This document shows, piece after piece, positions 1 to 12,795 of a DNA stretch of 64,000 bases (the first letter of the stretch is position 1; every line of letters begins with the position of its first letter). Source of the DNA: Camelus dromedarius (Eukaryota); NCBI RefSeq assembly GCF_036321535.1, contig NC_087437.1, positions 30,010,001-30,074,000 on the forward strand, written 5' to 3'. The position numbers and the translations under genes were made by a program. The notes under the pieces were generated by a model. That model was given only the letters and a program-made list of their open reading frames with translations, was not told the DNA's origin and searched no databases.

Positions 1-449
1 CATCTAAAAGTACAGACATTGAGGGATGAAGTAGTTTGGAGGAGAAGAGATGGGGACACACAAAAAAATAGCAGGAAGAGTGAGAACTTCGTAAGAAAAA
101 CAATGAACTAGATTTTTTAGTGATTTACTTTTGGAATTTTATTTAAAATTATGTGATTACTATATTTTCATATATTCAAGTCTCCAAATATTCCTTGTGT
201 CATCCTGTCACATTCATTTAAATGTTTAGTAAACCAAAATGAAGAATAAGACACATGAATTGTTCAAAGAAAAGAGAGTAAGGGCAAGAAGATAAGGACC
301 TTTACAAAGGGCCTACTATGCGGCTTGGAGAGTGTTAGGTATTTTAGCACATTTCCCATTTAATTCTCACAGCCCTTTGAGCTATAAATTATGCTTTTCC
401 TTTTTAAAAGTCTCACAACTGAGTAACAGATTTAGGATTGATATAATCA

Positions 450-680
450 TGACAAATATTTACTGATCCTGCTGAACACAGGCCATATATCAGATCTCTT
501 ACTAAAGCACTTTCTATACATTTTCTTATTTAATTTTCACATCAACCTATAAAATAGAGACACTCATCATCCCAATTTTATAGATGACATAATTGAGTCA
601 GAGAGAGAGAATTCAAGTTAGTAAATGGCATAGTCAAATCCAAATCCAGGATTATCTGTCTCAAACCCTCTTAGCTTTTA
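450..680 (-). mobile_element. MIR SINE (one of many; others at about 1080-1300, 1500-1690, 15375-15600, 38960-39200, 50090-50290, 57590-57750, 62840-63065)
   Basis: MIR core text such as catcccaattttatagatgacataattgagtcagagag. Boundaries approximate. Confidence 0.7.
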
Positions 681-2036
681 GCTGTTTGCTGCTTAAAGGT
701 ATAGTGTTGAGATAAAATATGAATAACACCTCACTCTCCTAATTCAGCTAGAACCTGCAATGTCTTGTGGGAACAGGGGAGAGGAGGGATTCATTCACTT
801 TAGGAAGTGAAGGGAGTGTTTTGAGATCTTTAAGAAAATGGCTTCTAAATAGGGTTCTAAAAGATAATTTAGTTGGCAGAAAAGTGGAAAAAAGAGGAAC
901 AGTAAGACCAACGGCAACTGGAATTTTGGGGAAGTGACATAGTAGAGAGAAATGAGACTGAAAACAGAGGTTGGGCCCAGGGCTAAGAGCCCTGTCCACC
1001 AGGATAACAAGTTCTCATTGTATCCCGTAGGTAAGAGGGAACCACCAGTTTTTGTTTATGGAAAGGAAGGAAGTTAAGATACATGAAGGCTCTGCCATGT
1101 GCAGGCCCTGCATCTTGGCACTTTACATGGGAAATCTAATTTAATATGATAATCCATAAGGAAGGTAACTATTTTTATTTTATAGATAAGTAAATTGAGG
1201 TGTAAACAGGTTAATTAACTTGCTCAGGTTATGTAGGAAATTAAGTTTTGAACTGCATGATCTAAACTCATCTCAGATTCCATATGCTTTCTGCTATGCC
1301 ACTTAAGGTTTACCATGATAACCTGGGTCCCTGTGAAAGATAGACTGAGGGCAGAATGTGCAGTAGAGAGACCAATTAGGGGGTTTTAAAAATAATTGTG
1401 TGTAGAAGAAAAGGGGATCTGAACTTCAATACTGGTAGTAGAAAAGACAAATGTGGGATGGACTTTAGGGAAACTGCAGAGGCAAAACTCTTGAGACTGT
1501 GGCAGGTTGTGGTGAGATTCGGCTGTGGAGTCATATATACCTGTCTGTGAACTTGGCTGAGTCACTTTCTCCTTAATCCTCACCTCTCTAAGCCTCATTT
1601 CAAATGTGAAGAATAAGTGAGTTGATGAGGGTACAATGATTAGCTGAGTGCCTCACACAAGGCAAGTGCTCCATAACTATTAGCCATTATCGGAAGGTGA
1701 ATAAGAGAGAGGAATCTGTGTTTTTGATATTCAAGTGCTAGTACTGGTGGTTGAGATAAGGAGCTTAGAAGGATTTTGATAATTTAATGCTATTTTAACA
1801 ATCTTCATCTCCTAATTAGGCAGCATATTCCTTTGCATTTTATTCTAACAGTCTAAATATACCAAATAGTCCACATGTACTAAAAACAAACAAACAAACA
1901 AACAAAAAACACCTAAGTGATTACCAGAGAGGATTAAAAACCTGACTCAACAATATATTGCCTAGAAAAAACTCACTTCAAATATAATGATACAGGAAGG
2001 CTGAAAGTAAAAGGATAGAAAAACATACAGCATGTA

Positions 2037-2810
2037 GAGATGGTGTGGAGAAAAGGGAACCCTCCTACACTGCTGATGGGAATGTAGTTTGGTGGAGCCA
2101 TTATGGAAAACAGTATGGAGATTCCTCAAAAAACTAAAAACAGACTTACCATATGATCCAGCAATCCCTGGGCATATATCCAGAGGAAACTCTAATTTCA
2201 AAAGACACATGCACTCCAATGTTCATAGCAGCACTATATACAATAGCCAAGACATGGAAGCAACCTAAACGTCCATCGACAGATGACTGGATAAAGAAGT
2301 TGTTGTACATTTATATAATGGAATACTACTCAGCCATAAAAATGAATAAAATAATGCCATTTGCAGCAACATGGATGGACCTAGGGATCATCATTCTAAG
2401 TGAAGTAAGCCAGAAAGAGAAAGAAAAATACCATATGATATCACTCATATGTGTAATCTAAAAAAAAAAGAAAAAAGGAAAGAAAAGAAAAAAGAGGACA
2501 CTAATTACCTCATCTACAAAACAGAAACAGACTTGCAGACATAGTAAACAATCTTTTGATTATTGGGGAAAGGAGGTGGGAAGGGATAAATTTGAAAGTT
2601 TGAGATTTACAAATGTTAGTCATATATAAAAATAGATTAAAAAACAATTTTTTTCTGTATAGCACAGGGAACCATATTCAATACCTTGTAATAACCTTTA
2701 ATGAAAAAGAATATGAAAATGAATATATGTATGTGTATGCATGACTTGCACATTGTGCTGTATGCCAGAAATTGACACATTGTAACTGACTCTACTTCAA
2801 TTAAAAAAAA
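2037..2810 (+). mobile_element. Younger camelid-type L1 3' end (5'-truncated)
   Basis: ORF2 C-terminus ([19 protein letters not shown]), 3' UTR and A-tail. 20-bp TSD agaaaaa(c/g)ata(c/t)agcatgta at 2017-2036 and 2811-2830. Confidence 0.92.
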
Positions 2811-3183
2811 AGAAAAAGATATAGCATGTATACCTCAATCAACGGAAAGCAAAAATGGTTATATTAATGTCAGATAAAACAGACTTCAGAGCAAAAAAAT
2901 TTACTAGATTCAGGGAGGATTATTATATAATGAAAAAAGAATCAACTTATCAAAAAGACAAAGCAATTCTAACTGCATACACCAAGTAAAAGACTTACAA
3001 GAGACGTAAACTAATAAAATTGACTTCATCATCATTCTCTTGATAATTGATGGAATAGCTATATAGAAAATTAGCAAGGATATAGAAGGACACCATCAAC
3101 CAACAGGATCTAATCAACTTTTATAGAAAATCTTATAGAAAGAAAAACTTTTATTTATAGAAAACTCCAACAAGAGGAGAATA

Positions 3184-3621
3184 CAGAAGTTCCCCCTTAT
3201 CTACTGTTTTGCTTCCTGTGGTTTCAGTTATCCACAGTCGACCATGGCCTTGGAATTGCAGTGCTTGTGTTCAAATAACACTTATTTTACTTACTAATGG
3301 CCCCAAAGTGGAAAAGTAGTGATTCTGGCAATTCAGAGATGCCAAAGAGAAGCCACATAGTGCTTCCTTTAAGTGAAAAGGTGAAAGTTCTCAATAAAAG
3401 AGGCTACATTCACATAAGTTGCAGCATATTGTTATAGTTTTTTAAAATCATTAGTTACTGTTGTTAATCTCTTACTGTGCCTACTTTATAAATTATATTT
3501 AATCATAGGTATGTACATATAGGAAAAAACATAGTATCTGTAGGTTTTGGTACTATTTGAGGTTTCAGGCATCCACTGGGGGTCTTAGAACACACCTCGT
3601 GAAGATAAGGGGAGACTACTG
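3184..3621 (+). mobile_element. MER44/Tigger7-type TcMar-Tigger non-autonomous DNA transposon
   Basis: TIRs cagaagttcccccttatc ... gataaggggagactactg, TA on both sides (3182-3183, 3622-3623), internal remnant of transposase start (MAPKWKSSDSGNSEMPKRS). Confidence 0.88.
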
Positions 3622-6055
3622 TACACATTATTTTCAAGTTCCCATGGAGCATATACCAAGAAAGATCATATTTGGGCCTCTATAACCTCAGTAAACCTTA
3701 ATAAAATTAAAATAATTAAAATTATGCAGAGTGTATTCTCCAACCACATGGATTCAAGGCAGAAATAAATAACAGAAAAATAAAATAGAAAATCTCCAAA
3801 CTCTTGGAAACGAAGCAAAACACTTCTAAATAATCAATGAGTCAAAGAGAACGTTTCAAGGAAAATTTAAAAAATATATTTAACTGAATGAAAATGAAAA
3901 TACAACATATCAAAGTTCGTGGAATGTATCTAAAGCAGTGCTGATAGGGAAATTTAAACCACTAAATGTATACATTAGAAAAGTAGATTAGTCTCAAGTC
4001 AATAATGTAAGCTCCCACCTTAATAAGCTAGGAAAAAAGAGCAAAATAAATTCCAAGCTAGTATAAGGGAGAAAATACTAAAGTTAAGAGCAGAAATCAA
4101 TACAATTGAAAATAGAAAAAGAGAATAGAGAAAATCAATGAAAGAGAGAGCTGATTTTTTGAACAGGTCAATAAGATTGACAAAACCTCTGTCAACACTG
4201 ACAAAGAAAAAGAAGACACAAAATACCAATATTAGGAATGAAACTGGATATCACTATAGACTGCAGACCTCAGGATAATAGGATAATAAGAGAGTACTGT
4301 AAACAACCTCACACATTTAAATTTGACAAATTAAATGGACCTATTCCTTGAAAAACACAAACTACAATGCACTGAAAATGAAATAAATAATCTGAATAGC
4401 CTTATAACTGTTAAGGTAACTGAACTCATAATTTAAAGACTCCCCAAGAAGAAATCCCAGGCCCAGATGGTTTCACTGGAGAAATTTAACAGAGAAGTAA
4501 CATAAATTCTACAATCTCTTCCTAAAAATAGAAGAGAAACACTTCTTAATTCGCTTTATGAAGACTAGTTTTGCCCTGATACTAAAACTAGACAGAGATA
4601 ATACAAAAAAAAAAAAAAAGTAAAAAGAAAACTACAGAGTGATATCACTCATTAATATAATGCAAACATTCTTAAATATTAGCAAATGGAACCAAGTAAC
4701 CAATAAGAAAATTGTACTTCATGACTAGGGTTTATTCCAGAATGCAAGGCTAGTTTTAATATTCAGGAATAAGTTGATATGACCCACCATATTAATAGGC
4801 TAAAGAAGGAAAATCACATGAATATATGAATAGATGCAGAAAAACTGCTTGACAAAATTCAGCATCTGTTCGTGATGAGAGAAAAGTAAGATTACGTTCC
4901 TTACCTTGATAAAGAGCATCTATAAGAACCCTATAGCTAACATTATGCTTAATGGTGAGAGACTGCTTTCCTTTAAGATCAGGAGCAAGGCAAGGATGTC
5001 AGTTCTCACCACTTCTGCTCAACACAGTGCTGGAAGTTCTAGCCAATGCGAAAGTCAAGAAAAGGAAATGAAAGGTACACAGATCAGAAAGAAAGAAGTA
5101 AAACTGTCAGTACTTACAGATTACATTGGACTAAATAGAAAATACCAAGGATTCTACAAAAACTCCTAGAACTAACAATAAATGAGCTAATCAAGGTTGT
5201 CTGCAAGTAAACATACAAAATCATTTGTATTTTTATATATTAGCAATGAACATATGGGCATCAAACTTGGAAATACAGTAAGTACCATTTACAATTGCTC
5301 AAAAAAGTGAAATACTTAGGTGTTAGTCTAACAAAACCCGTGTAGAATTTATATGCTGGAAACTACATGACTCATGAAAGAAATTAAAGAAGATCTAAAT
5401 AAATGGAGAGACGTATCATGTACACGGACTAGAAGACTCAGTATAGTAAAGATGTCAGTTTTCCCCAAATAGATATATAGATTTAATGCAATCCCTAGTA
5501 AAATCCTATCAAGATTTTTTTTGCAAATACAGACATGTTTATGCTAAAATTTATATGAAAAGACAAATGAACAGAATAGTGAACTTATTTTGAAAAAAAA
5601 TGAATATAGTGAGCATAATCAGTTTATCTAACTTCTATTCAGCTACAAAAATCAAGACTGTGTTATTGGTGGGGAATAGACACACAAATCACTGGGGCAG
5701 ACTAGAGACCCCAGAAGTAATAGACCCACACAAATATGCCCAATTGCTGTTTGACAAAGGTGCAAAACCAATTCCATAGGCTTTTCAACAAATGCTGCAG
5801 GAGCAATTGAACATCCATAGACAAAAAATTTAACCTAGAACTAAGTTTTAGAGTTTAGTCAAAAATTGACTCAAAATGGATCACAGATGTAACTGTAAGG
5901 TGTAGAATTATAAAATTTTCATTAAAAACATGGGTAAAAATCTTTGAGACATTAGGCTAGGCAAACAGTCCTTAGACTTGGTACCAAAAGCATGATTTAT
6001 AGTGGGAAGAATGATAAATTAGACTTCCTCAAAATTAAAACCTTTTGTTCTGTGC

Positions 6056-6168
6056 AAATGCAGATTCTGAGTCAGTAAGTCTGAGATGGTCTGAGATTCT
6101 GCACTTTATACAGTTTCTCAGGTGAAGCTGAAGCTACTGATGCTCGGACCACACCTTGTGTAGCAAAG
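6056..6168. mobile_element. MER5-type hAT-Charlie half element
   Basis: aaatgcagattctgagtcagtaagtctg...tctgagattctgcac...ggaccacaccttgtgtagca resembles the MER5A/B consensus end. Confidence 0.7.
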
Positions 6169-7267
6169 GACATATGATCCATAAGGCTCCTTACAGTTCT
6201 AAAGTCACTTGATTTTATACAAGATACAGGTGAACAGATTTTGTTATTTTATAGTGTTAGCAGTTTAGAGAAGTAGAGGAGAGAATTCAATTTCAGTTGA
6301 AAGGATAATAGAACCCCCCCCAAAGCCAAATTTATAACTAAATAGAATGAAAAAAAACCTTACCTTTTCAAATGCCTTTAATATATTCCAAGACTTTATT
6401 GAAATGACATGTATTACAAATGATGAACCATTCTGATGAAAAATGATCAAATTTCATTTTATGTTGATTTAATGACCAAAACATAAGCTTCTGAAATGAG
6501 TATATCATTGCATTTAAATTGCTTTTTTTTTTATTTATGGGAATTGATATTCTCATACTTCCAGTTCATATGTTTTGGCTTTATCTAAGCCCATGAGCAC
6601 AATCATCACAGGCTGTAAAAAATCCTGTGGGAATTTTGAATTTAAATGTGTTGTAGCTCTTGGGATTATTGGTTATATTTTCCATTCTCTGGTCAAATAG
6701 AAACTAAATCTCTTGTCATATCTCTAATAATAACATTTCAGATTAGACATAATATGTATCCAAATTTATTTTCATTTGCTACCAATTCTTTGTTTTTCTA
6801 ACAAAACAGAGAATAAACTGTAGCTTGAAAGCAAGCATGCATTGATTTCATTTAGAATATACAATTTTATCAGGAATAAATGAATCCTAAGAAAAGAAAT
6901 TAAAAAAAATCTAGATGGTAAACACCCATTCAATTGGGTATTGTATCAGTTAGGAATATCCTATTAAAAATTGTTGCACAAGATAATTTCCTCATACTTT
7001 ATGAATCTGAATTAGATTAGGAATGAAGGTATATTTGCATTTGCAAGAAAATTTCAAAGGATAAATACAATGTTTTTGGTAAGATTATTGAACTTCAGAA
7101 AAGGTGTTAATATTCATGTTGATGGTATTTATAAAAGTATAGAAAACAAAATGTTTTTATCAGACAGCATAATAGAGTAAAAAGATAAAATCAAAAAAAC
7201 AAATCTATGGAGACAGTAGATTGGGGGTATCTGGGGGCAGGGGATGGTGATGGATTACGAGTAAATG

Positions 7268-7498
7268 AAGGATAAATTGGGAGTTCGGGATTTGTAAATA
7301 CTAACTACTATACATAAAACAGATAAACAACAAAGTCCTTCTGTAGAGCACAGGGAACTATATTCAATACCTTGTAATAGCCTATGGTGAAAAAGAATAT
7401 GAAAAGGAATATATATATACATATATATATAACTGAATCACTATGCTATACAGCAGAAGTTAACACAACATTGTAAACTGACTATACTTCAATAAAAA
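7268..7498 (+). mobile_element. Short cetartiodactyl L1 3' UTR insertion within an older L1M 3' end
   Basis: agcacagggaactatattcaatac...actatacttcaataaaaaa. Candidate TSD AGTAAATG at 7260-7267 and 7499-7506. Confidence 0.85.
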
Positions 7499-8434
7499 AG
7501 TAAATGGGCATATGGGAGTTAATTAGTGAGATGAAAATGATCTAAAACAGATTTATCAGAAATCATTGAATTGTACACTTGAAATGAGAATGTTACATAA
7601 TATGGAAAGAATTCCTTGGTAGAGTTTTTTTTTTTTAAAGAGCATTTGATATTCAAGAGACCCTGAAATACAGTACCTGTTCTGCCAATAAGTGAATAGC
7701 TGTGTGACTCGAGGAGAGTAGTGTATTCACTATAGACCTTCATTTCATTATCTATATAAAGAGAGGGTCAGGCAGATGAACCCCAAAGTAATTTTTGTTT
7801 CTTCCATTTCAGTAACTCTTTGACTCTATTTCAGCAAAGTTTAGCCTCAAGGAAAGAGCTTTATTACTTGAAAGTATCTAAGCAGGGATACTCTTCTGAA
7901 AGAAATAAAAATTTTAAAAATTTCTTTAAAAACTTCCTCCCAAATTATGGATCCAAGCCCCTTCAAAGACCCCCCCCTTTTTTTTTTATCAATAAGGCAT
8001 TATTGGTGATGGAACACTTTGTTACTTTTAAAATACATGAAATCTAAGCCACCGTGCATTCTGCGTATTATGTATGTCATAGTTAAATTTTCCTGATGAT
8101 AAAAATAATACACTGCCATGTAATTTTTGCAATTAAAATAATATCTGAAGAATACATGCCAAGCAGTCTCTAGGTTATAGCAAATTAAGGATGACGTCCA
8201 TATGACTATAATTTTAAGAATTTTAATCTTTTTGAAAAAAGAATCATTCAACTCCATACAGCCTATGTGGATATTATGAGCTATCTAAATTAATGGGATT
8301 TCCTTCTAATATTTTTTGCAGATTTTTTTTTTTTTGCAAATAAAGGACAAAATTCTCTAGAAAGTTCTTTTATACTTCTTATCTAGAAAATCATTTCATA
8401 AGTCTAATATTTATACCTTAAAAAAAGATAACAT

Positions 8435-8960
8435 ATGCCATCAGACTTTGCTCTGGCTGTGTAGCTAAGCTGGGAACTACATTCCCCAGAACTCCCTTCC
8501 TTGTATGCTCCCAAGTTAGAATTGGCCAAGATGGCTTGCTCAATATCTGGAAGGTAGAAACTAGGTTGTGGCCATAACCATCTGAAACTCCTTCCACAGG
8601 GAGATATAGAGACAGACAGAAGTCATGCCTGGCACGTGCCACCTTGTCATCTTCTCCTGTTCCACGTCTAGCTTTTCTTACTGACTCCCAGCATTAAGTG
8701 GCTCAGATCCAGCCCTAGATGCTTGGCTATGGACCCACAGAGGTTGTGGCTTATTCACAGGCAACAGCTTTTCATAGACCTCTACACAGATTCCCACTTC
8801 ATGTTCCTACTTTGGTGGCTAGACATACTTGGCTTCTCAATTTGAATGGTAACTCCTTCTCTGACCCTCACTTCCCCAGACGTCCCACAATCCTAAATAA
8901 GTCTCTTATCCCATAACACTCCTAGTGCTTCTGCTCCCCGACTAAGCCCTGATGGACACA
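8435..8960 (+). mobile_element. Ancient ERVL-class solo LTR (LTR33/40/41-like)
   Basis: gaactacattccccagaactcccttccttg near the start. Typical end ...cttctgctccccgactaagccctgatggacaca. Subfamily uncertain. Confidence 0.6.
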
Positions 8961-9308
8961 AAATCCTATTCAATGGAAGAGAAACTCCAATTTTAATAGT
9001 AAAAAAAATGCAATTTTTAATTAACTCAAAATCCCAAATACACTTAATGGCTGAAGGTGGTAGAATGTAGCCTAACTACAGAATTTCTCTCAGTAATAAA
9101 ATGAAGGAAAAAAAAAACAAAAAAACCCTCTGTGGGTTCAAGCTGCAACCAAATAGAGGACTGAGCCTCAAGCATAGCTTCCAAACATAATAGCCACAAA
9201 AAGAAACAAACGATTCACCCACTTCCACAAGCAGTTGTACAGAAGACGACTGGAAAATACCCTGAGAATTCTGAATATAAATTTGTTTTGGCAAGAGGTA
9301 GTTTGAAA

Positions 9309-9580
9309 CAGTGGTTCTCAAAGTGAGGGGGTCTGTATAGTTAAAACCTATTTTCATAATAATACAAAAGCTTCATTTGCCATTTTGCCTGTACTGACAT
9401 GCTCACTGCTGGTGCAAAAGCAATGATGGGTAAAACTGTTGACACTTCAACGTGAATCATGGCAGTGGCACCAAATTCTACTAGTGGTCCTTGTAATTTT
9501 CAATATTGCACACGCATGTGTACATGTACACGTGTGTACACACACATACACAATCTGATTTCACTTAATGCCATTGATGA
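9309..9580. mobile_element. hAT-Charlie (Charlie1-like) fragment
   Basis: Starts with TIR-like cagtggttctcaaagtg. Contains ggtgcaaaagcaatgatgggtaaaactg...ggcagtggcaccaaattctactagt. Confidence 0.65.
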
Positions 9581-11849
9581 AGGTAAGTAGTATTATTATC
9601 CCCATTATACAGTTAACTGAGTTGCAGAGATTTTAAGCATCTTTTTTTTAAAGTCAAACATTTAAGCAGCAGAACTGAGATTCTAATTTGGTCAGTATGT
9701 TTCCAGAAAAAAATTATTCATTTATTTTATTCAATTATTTGATCTAATTCATTCATTTAATACATTTTTATTAAGTTCCTACTATGAGCCAGACATTATT
9801 CCAAGGACTGGGGATATAAAATAATTTTCCACCCATCCATCCATCTTTGTCTCTGTATATATATTTAGAGAGCTGTGGTTCTTTCTGAGAAGTATAATTT
9901 TAGGCTCATTGTCTCTCTCTTCTTAGTAATTTTTTATATTGCTTGAATTTAAAAAAAAAGTGAGCATATGTTATTTTTATTAAAACAATAAAGTCATTAT
10001 TCTTAAGACAAAGCCTGATGCGACTCATTTTTATTTTGAAGAAAATACAAAGCAAATTTTCAAATCTTAAACTGAAAGGAATATGAAAAGACTGCTTCGT
10101 TTTTTCTTCTCACTACATACAAAAGAATAGAACATGACATGTGGAAATTGCTTTCTCAGACTGATTTAGAAGTCAAGGTCTCCAAAATCTTTCCATCCCA
10201 CACAGCAAATACTAAAGCAATTCTTTTAAAAAACATTATTACAAAGGTTCTTTAGAAAAAAATTAACTACAAATCTTAGTAATATTAGATCTCAAAGAAG
10301 GAGAATGCTAATGATGCAGTTATACATCACCCATATGAACACTCTTTGGAAATTAACCACTTGCCCTCAGAGGAAATGAGTCCTGTAAAAGTGAAAATGG
10401 CACATCTGACCAGTCTTCTTATTTCTAGGGAAAGAATAATATACCCATATATCAACATCATGGATAGATAAAAGTCCCTGTCCTAATAAAATCTACCTGT
10501 TTGTAACATACCCGATAGTGTGTTTTTAATTGATTGAGTTACTAAGCTATTTAAATTTAAACTTTTCCTGGATTTTGATTTTAAATCACATAAGTTACTA
10601 GTGTAGCGGATAATAGGACAACCATATGCACAAATGCACGTTTTAGCCTCACAGGGTGAAAACTGATGAGTCTCCAATGTCTTTTTTTTTTTTTAAATTA
10701 GGCCAATGCATAGTGTTTTTTTCCCTCTTCCCTATCAATGAAAGTTTCAGAAAAAAAAATAATTTCAGAGTAAGTTGGCTATCCTAATGTGGCAGTCCTA
10801 GGAATCTGCAATAGGGCATCTAGGTTCTTAGAACCAATGATTCTTTGTATTATCAATGTGTTTGAAGGAAATTAAATCCATTGATTGAGACTATTTGCTC
10901 TTCAATGAGTCAGGCCTTCGACCTTGCTTCTTCAGTTCTTTCGGCCAGTTGTTTCCAAATGCCAGTATGAGACTGGTGCTGATTTGGACACATAAGAATT
11001 ACCAGCAGAGTTTGTTAAAAAGATTTTTGGCCTCACCATGTCAGAGTCTAACTCAGAAGGTTTAGAATTGGAACCCCAAGAATCTATAACTGTAAAGAGC
11101 TCTCCAGTTGATTCATCTATATAGCCATATTTGGGAACCACTGACAGGAGCTAGAAAATGAAGATAGAGCTGTGATATCACACAGAGTAAATAATTTCCT
11201 GGTAATTTACTGAACATTTCAGAAAAGGACATTAAGAAATATCTTGCTACATGCCCCTATTGTCTGATTTCACAAGCTTCAGTCAGAGTTAAAACTAAAA
11301 AAAGCAAATGGGTATTTACATTAGCTAGGATGCTTAAAAAACTATTTAAAAATATCAGAACTTCTAGGAGGTTTATCATGAAGGTAAAGTTCCATGAGCT
11401 ACTTTGAGTACTGATGATTAATGGAAGTTGTAGTGTCCTGAGTGGGAAGGGGGAATGAGGTTACGAGGTTACAATCAGAAAGCAACTAGGCAAGTGTATC
11501 TGGGAAACAACCTAAAGAGATCTCAGAAGAGAAATACCCAAATCTCCAAGGTACCAATCCATTTGAGGTGGTTTCTTTTCTTGTTCTAAATAAATATTCA
11601 TTTTCATACTGAATTTTTTATTCATGATTTGTATACATTTTTAAAAAGATGTCTCCCTAAAAGAGATAATATTCAAGTTTCACATAACCTGTATACATGC
11701 CTGTCTTAAGGGTCAGTAGTAAAAAATCATAGCAGGAATATCAGGCTTATTTAGAGACACACCATTGGTGAAGCATTGGACATGAGATCACATAACAGTA
11801 CACAGTACCAGGTAGTCTTTGAAGAATCCTCTAAGAATAGGGCTCAAAG

Positions 11850-12795
11850 ATCTGAAAGAAAAATCATGGTATATTCAAGAATAAAATTATTAATAGTTAG
11901 AAAAACTGAAGGACAGAGTTCAAAAGGAGGTTGAGGAGAGATGAAATCACAAAACCAACTGCTTAAGCCACATTAAGGTCTTTCAACCCTGTCCTGAATG
12001 ACAAACGAACCAGAAAGTGTTCTAAACAGGGGATTGATATAATGAAAATTACATTTTTGCAAATTTATTCTGGGTTGGGGGTTGTCAGTAAAATACATTG
12101 AAAGAGTTTATGACCATAGGCAGAAGGGCCGGCCAGCAAAGAAACCACTGAGAGAGAGAGAGAATGATGATTTAAATTAGGGGGAAAACAATGGCTATGG
12201 TGAGACATGGGGATAACATGACATACTTAAGATGTAGGACTTGGTGACTGATTTGATGTGAACTGTGACAGAGAAAGAGGCATCAAGGAGGTTGACCAAG
12301 TGTCTGGCTTGGGCAACCAGATGAGTGGTGGTGTGATTTCCAGAAAGAAGGAACACAGAGGAGAAGCAAGTTTGGAGGGATCGAGTCAGGAGAAGATTAG
12401 GAGTTCAGTGTTGGAAAGTTGAAATTGAGGTGACTGATGGGTGCCCAACTGGAGAAATTCAGTAGGAATTTGGATATTGGGGCTTAAGGTTCACGGGAGA
12501 TTTGACCTGAAATCTATATTTGAATAGATATTTAGGTATACATTTGAGATGAAACTGAGTCAGGAGAGTGTGTGAAATGAGAGGAGGATCCTGAAGAATA
12601 TGAACAATTAAGAAATAGGAAGAGATGGGGGAGATCATAAAGGAGTCTACAAAGGAGTGAACCAAAGGGATAGGACAGTAATCAGAAATGCAAAATGTAA
12701 GATGAAATGGAAGCCAAAGAAAGAGTAGAAGAGAAATATCACAGTGTCAAATGCTACTGAGATATCAGGTAGGATAAAGACTGAAAAGTTGATCC
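11850..12795 (-). mobile_element. L2 LINE fossil
   Basis: Typical antisense-L2 text: aggacttggtgactgatttgatgtg, tctggcttgggcaac, gagttcagtgttggaaagttgaaattgagg, cagtgtcaaatgctactgagatatcaggtaggataaagactga. Confidence 0.8.

Larger units (their letters stand above)
1900..6055 (+). mobile_element. Old L1 (L1M class) ORF2 fossil, interrupted by two later insertions
   Basis: Degenerate ORF2 motifs in order: endonuclease ([16 protein letters not shown]), PGPDGFTGE, GFIP.MQG.FNI, DAEKLLDKIQH, YLGVSLTK, YAQLLFDKGAK. Many stops and frameshifts. Confidence 0.9.

Noticed and set aside
2153..2461. Short ORFs similar to L1 ORF2 (also 21596-21874, 59909-60337, 61422-61712)
   Set aside because: Fragments of truncated L1 copies, not host genes.
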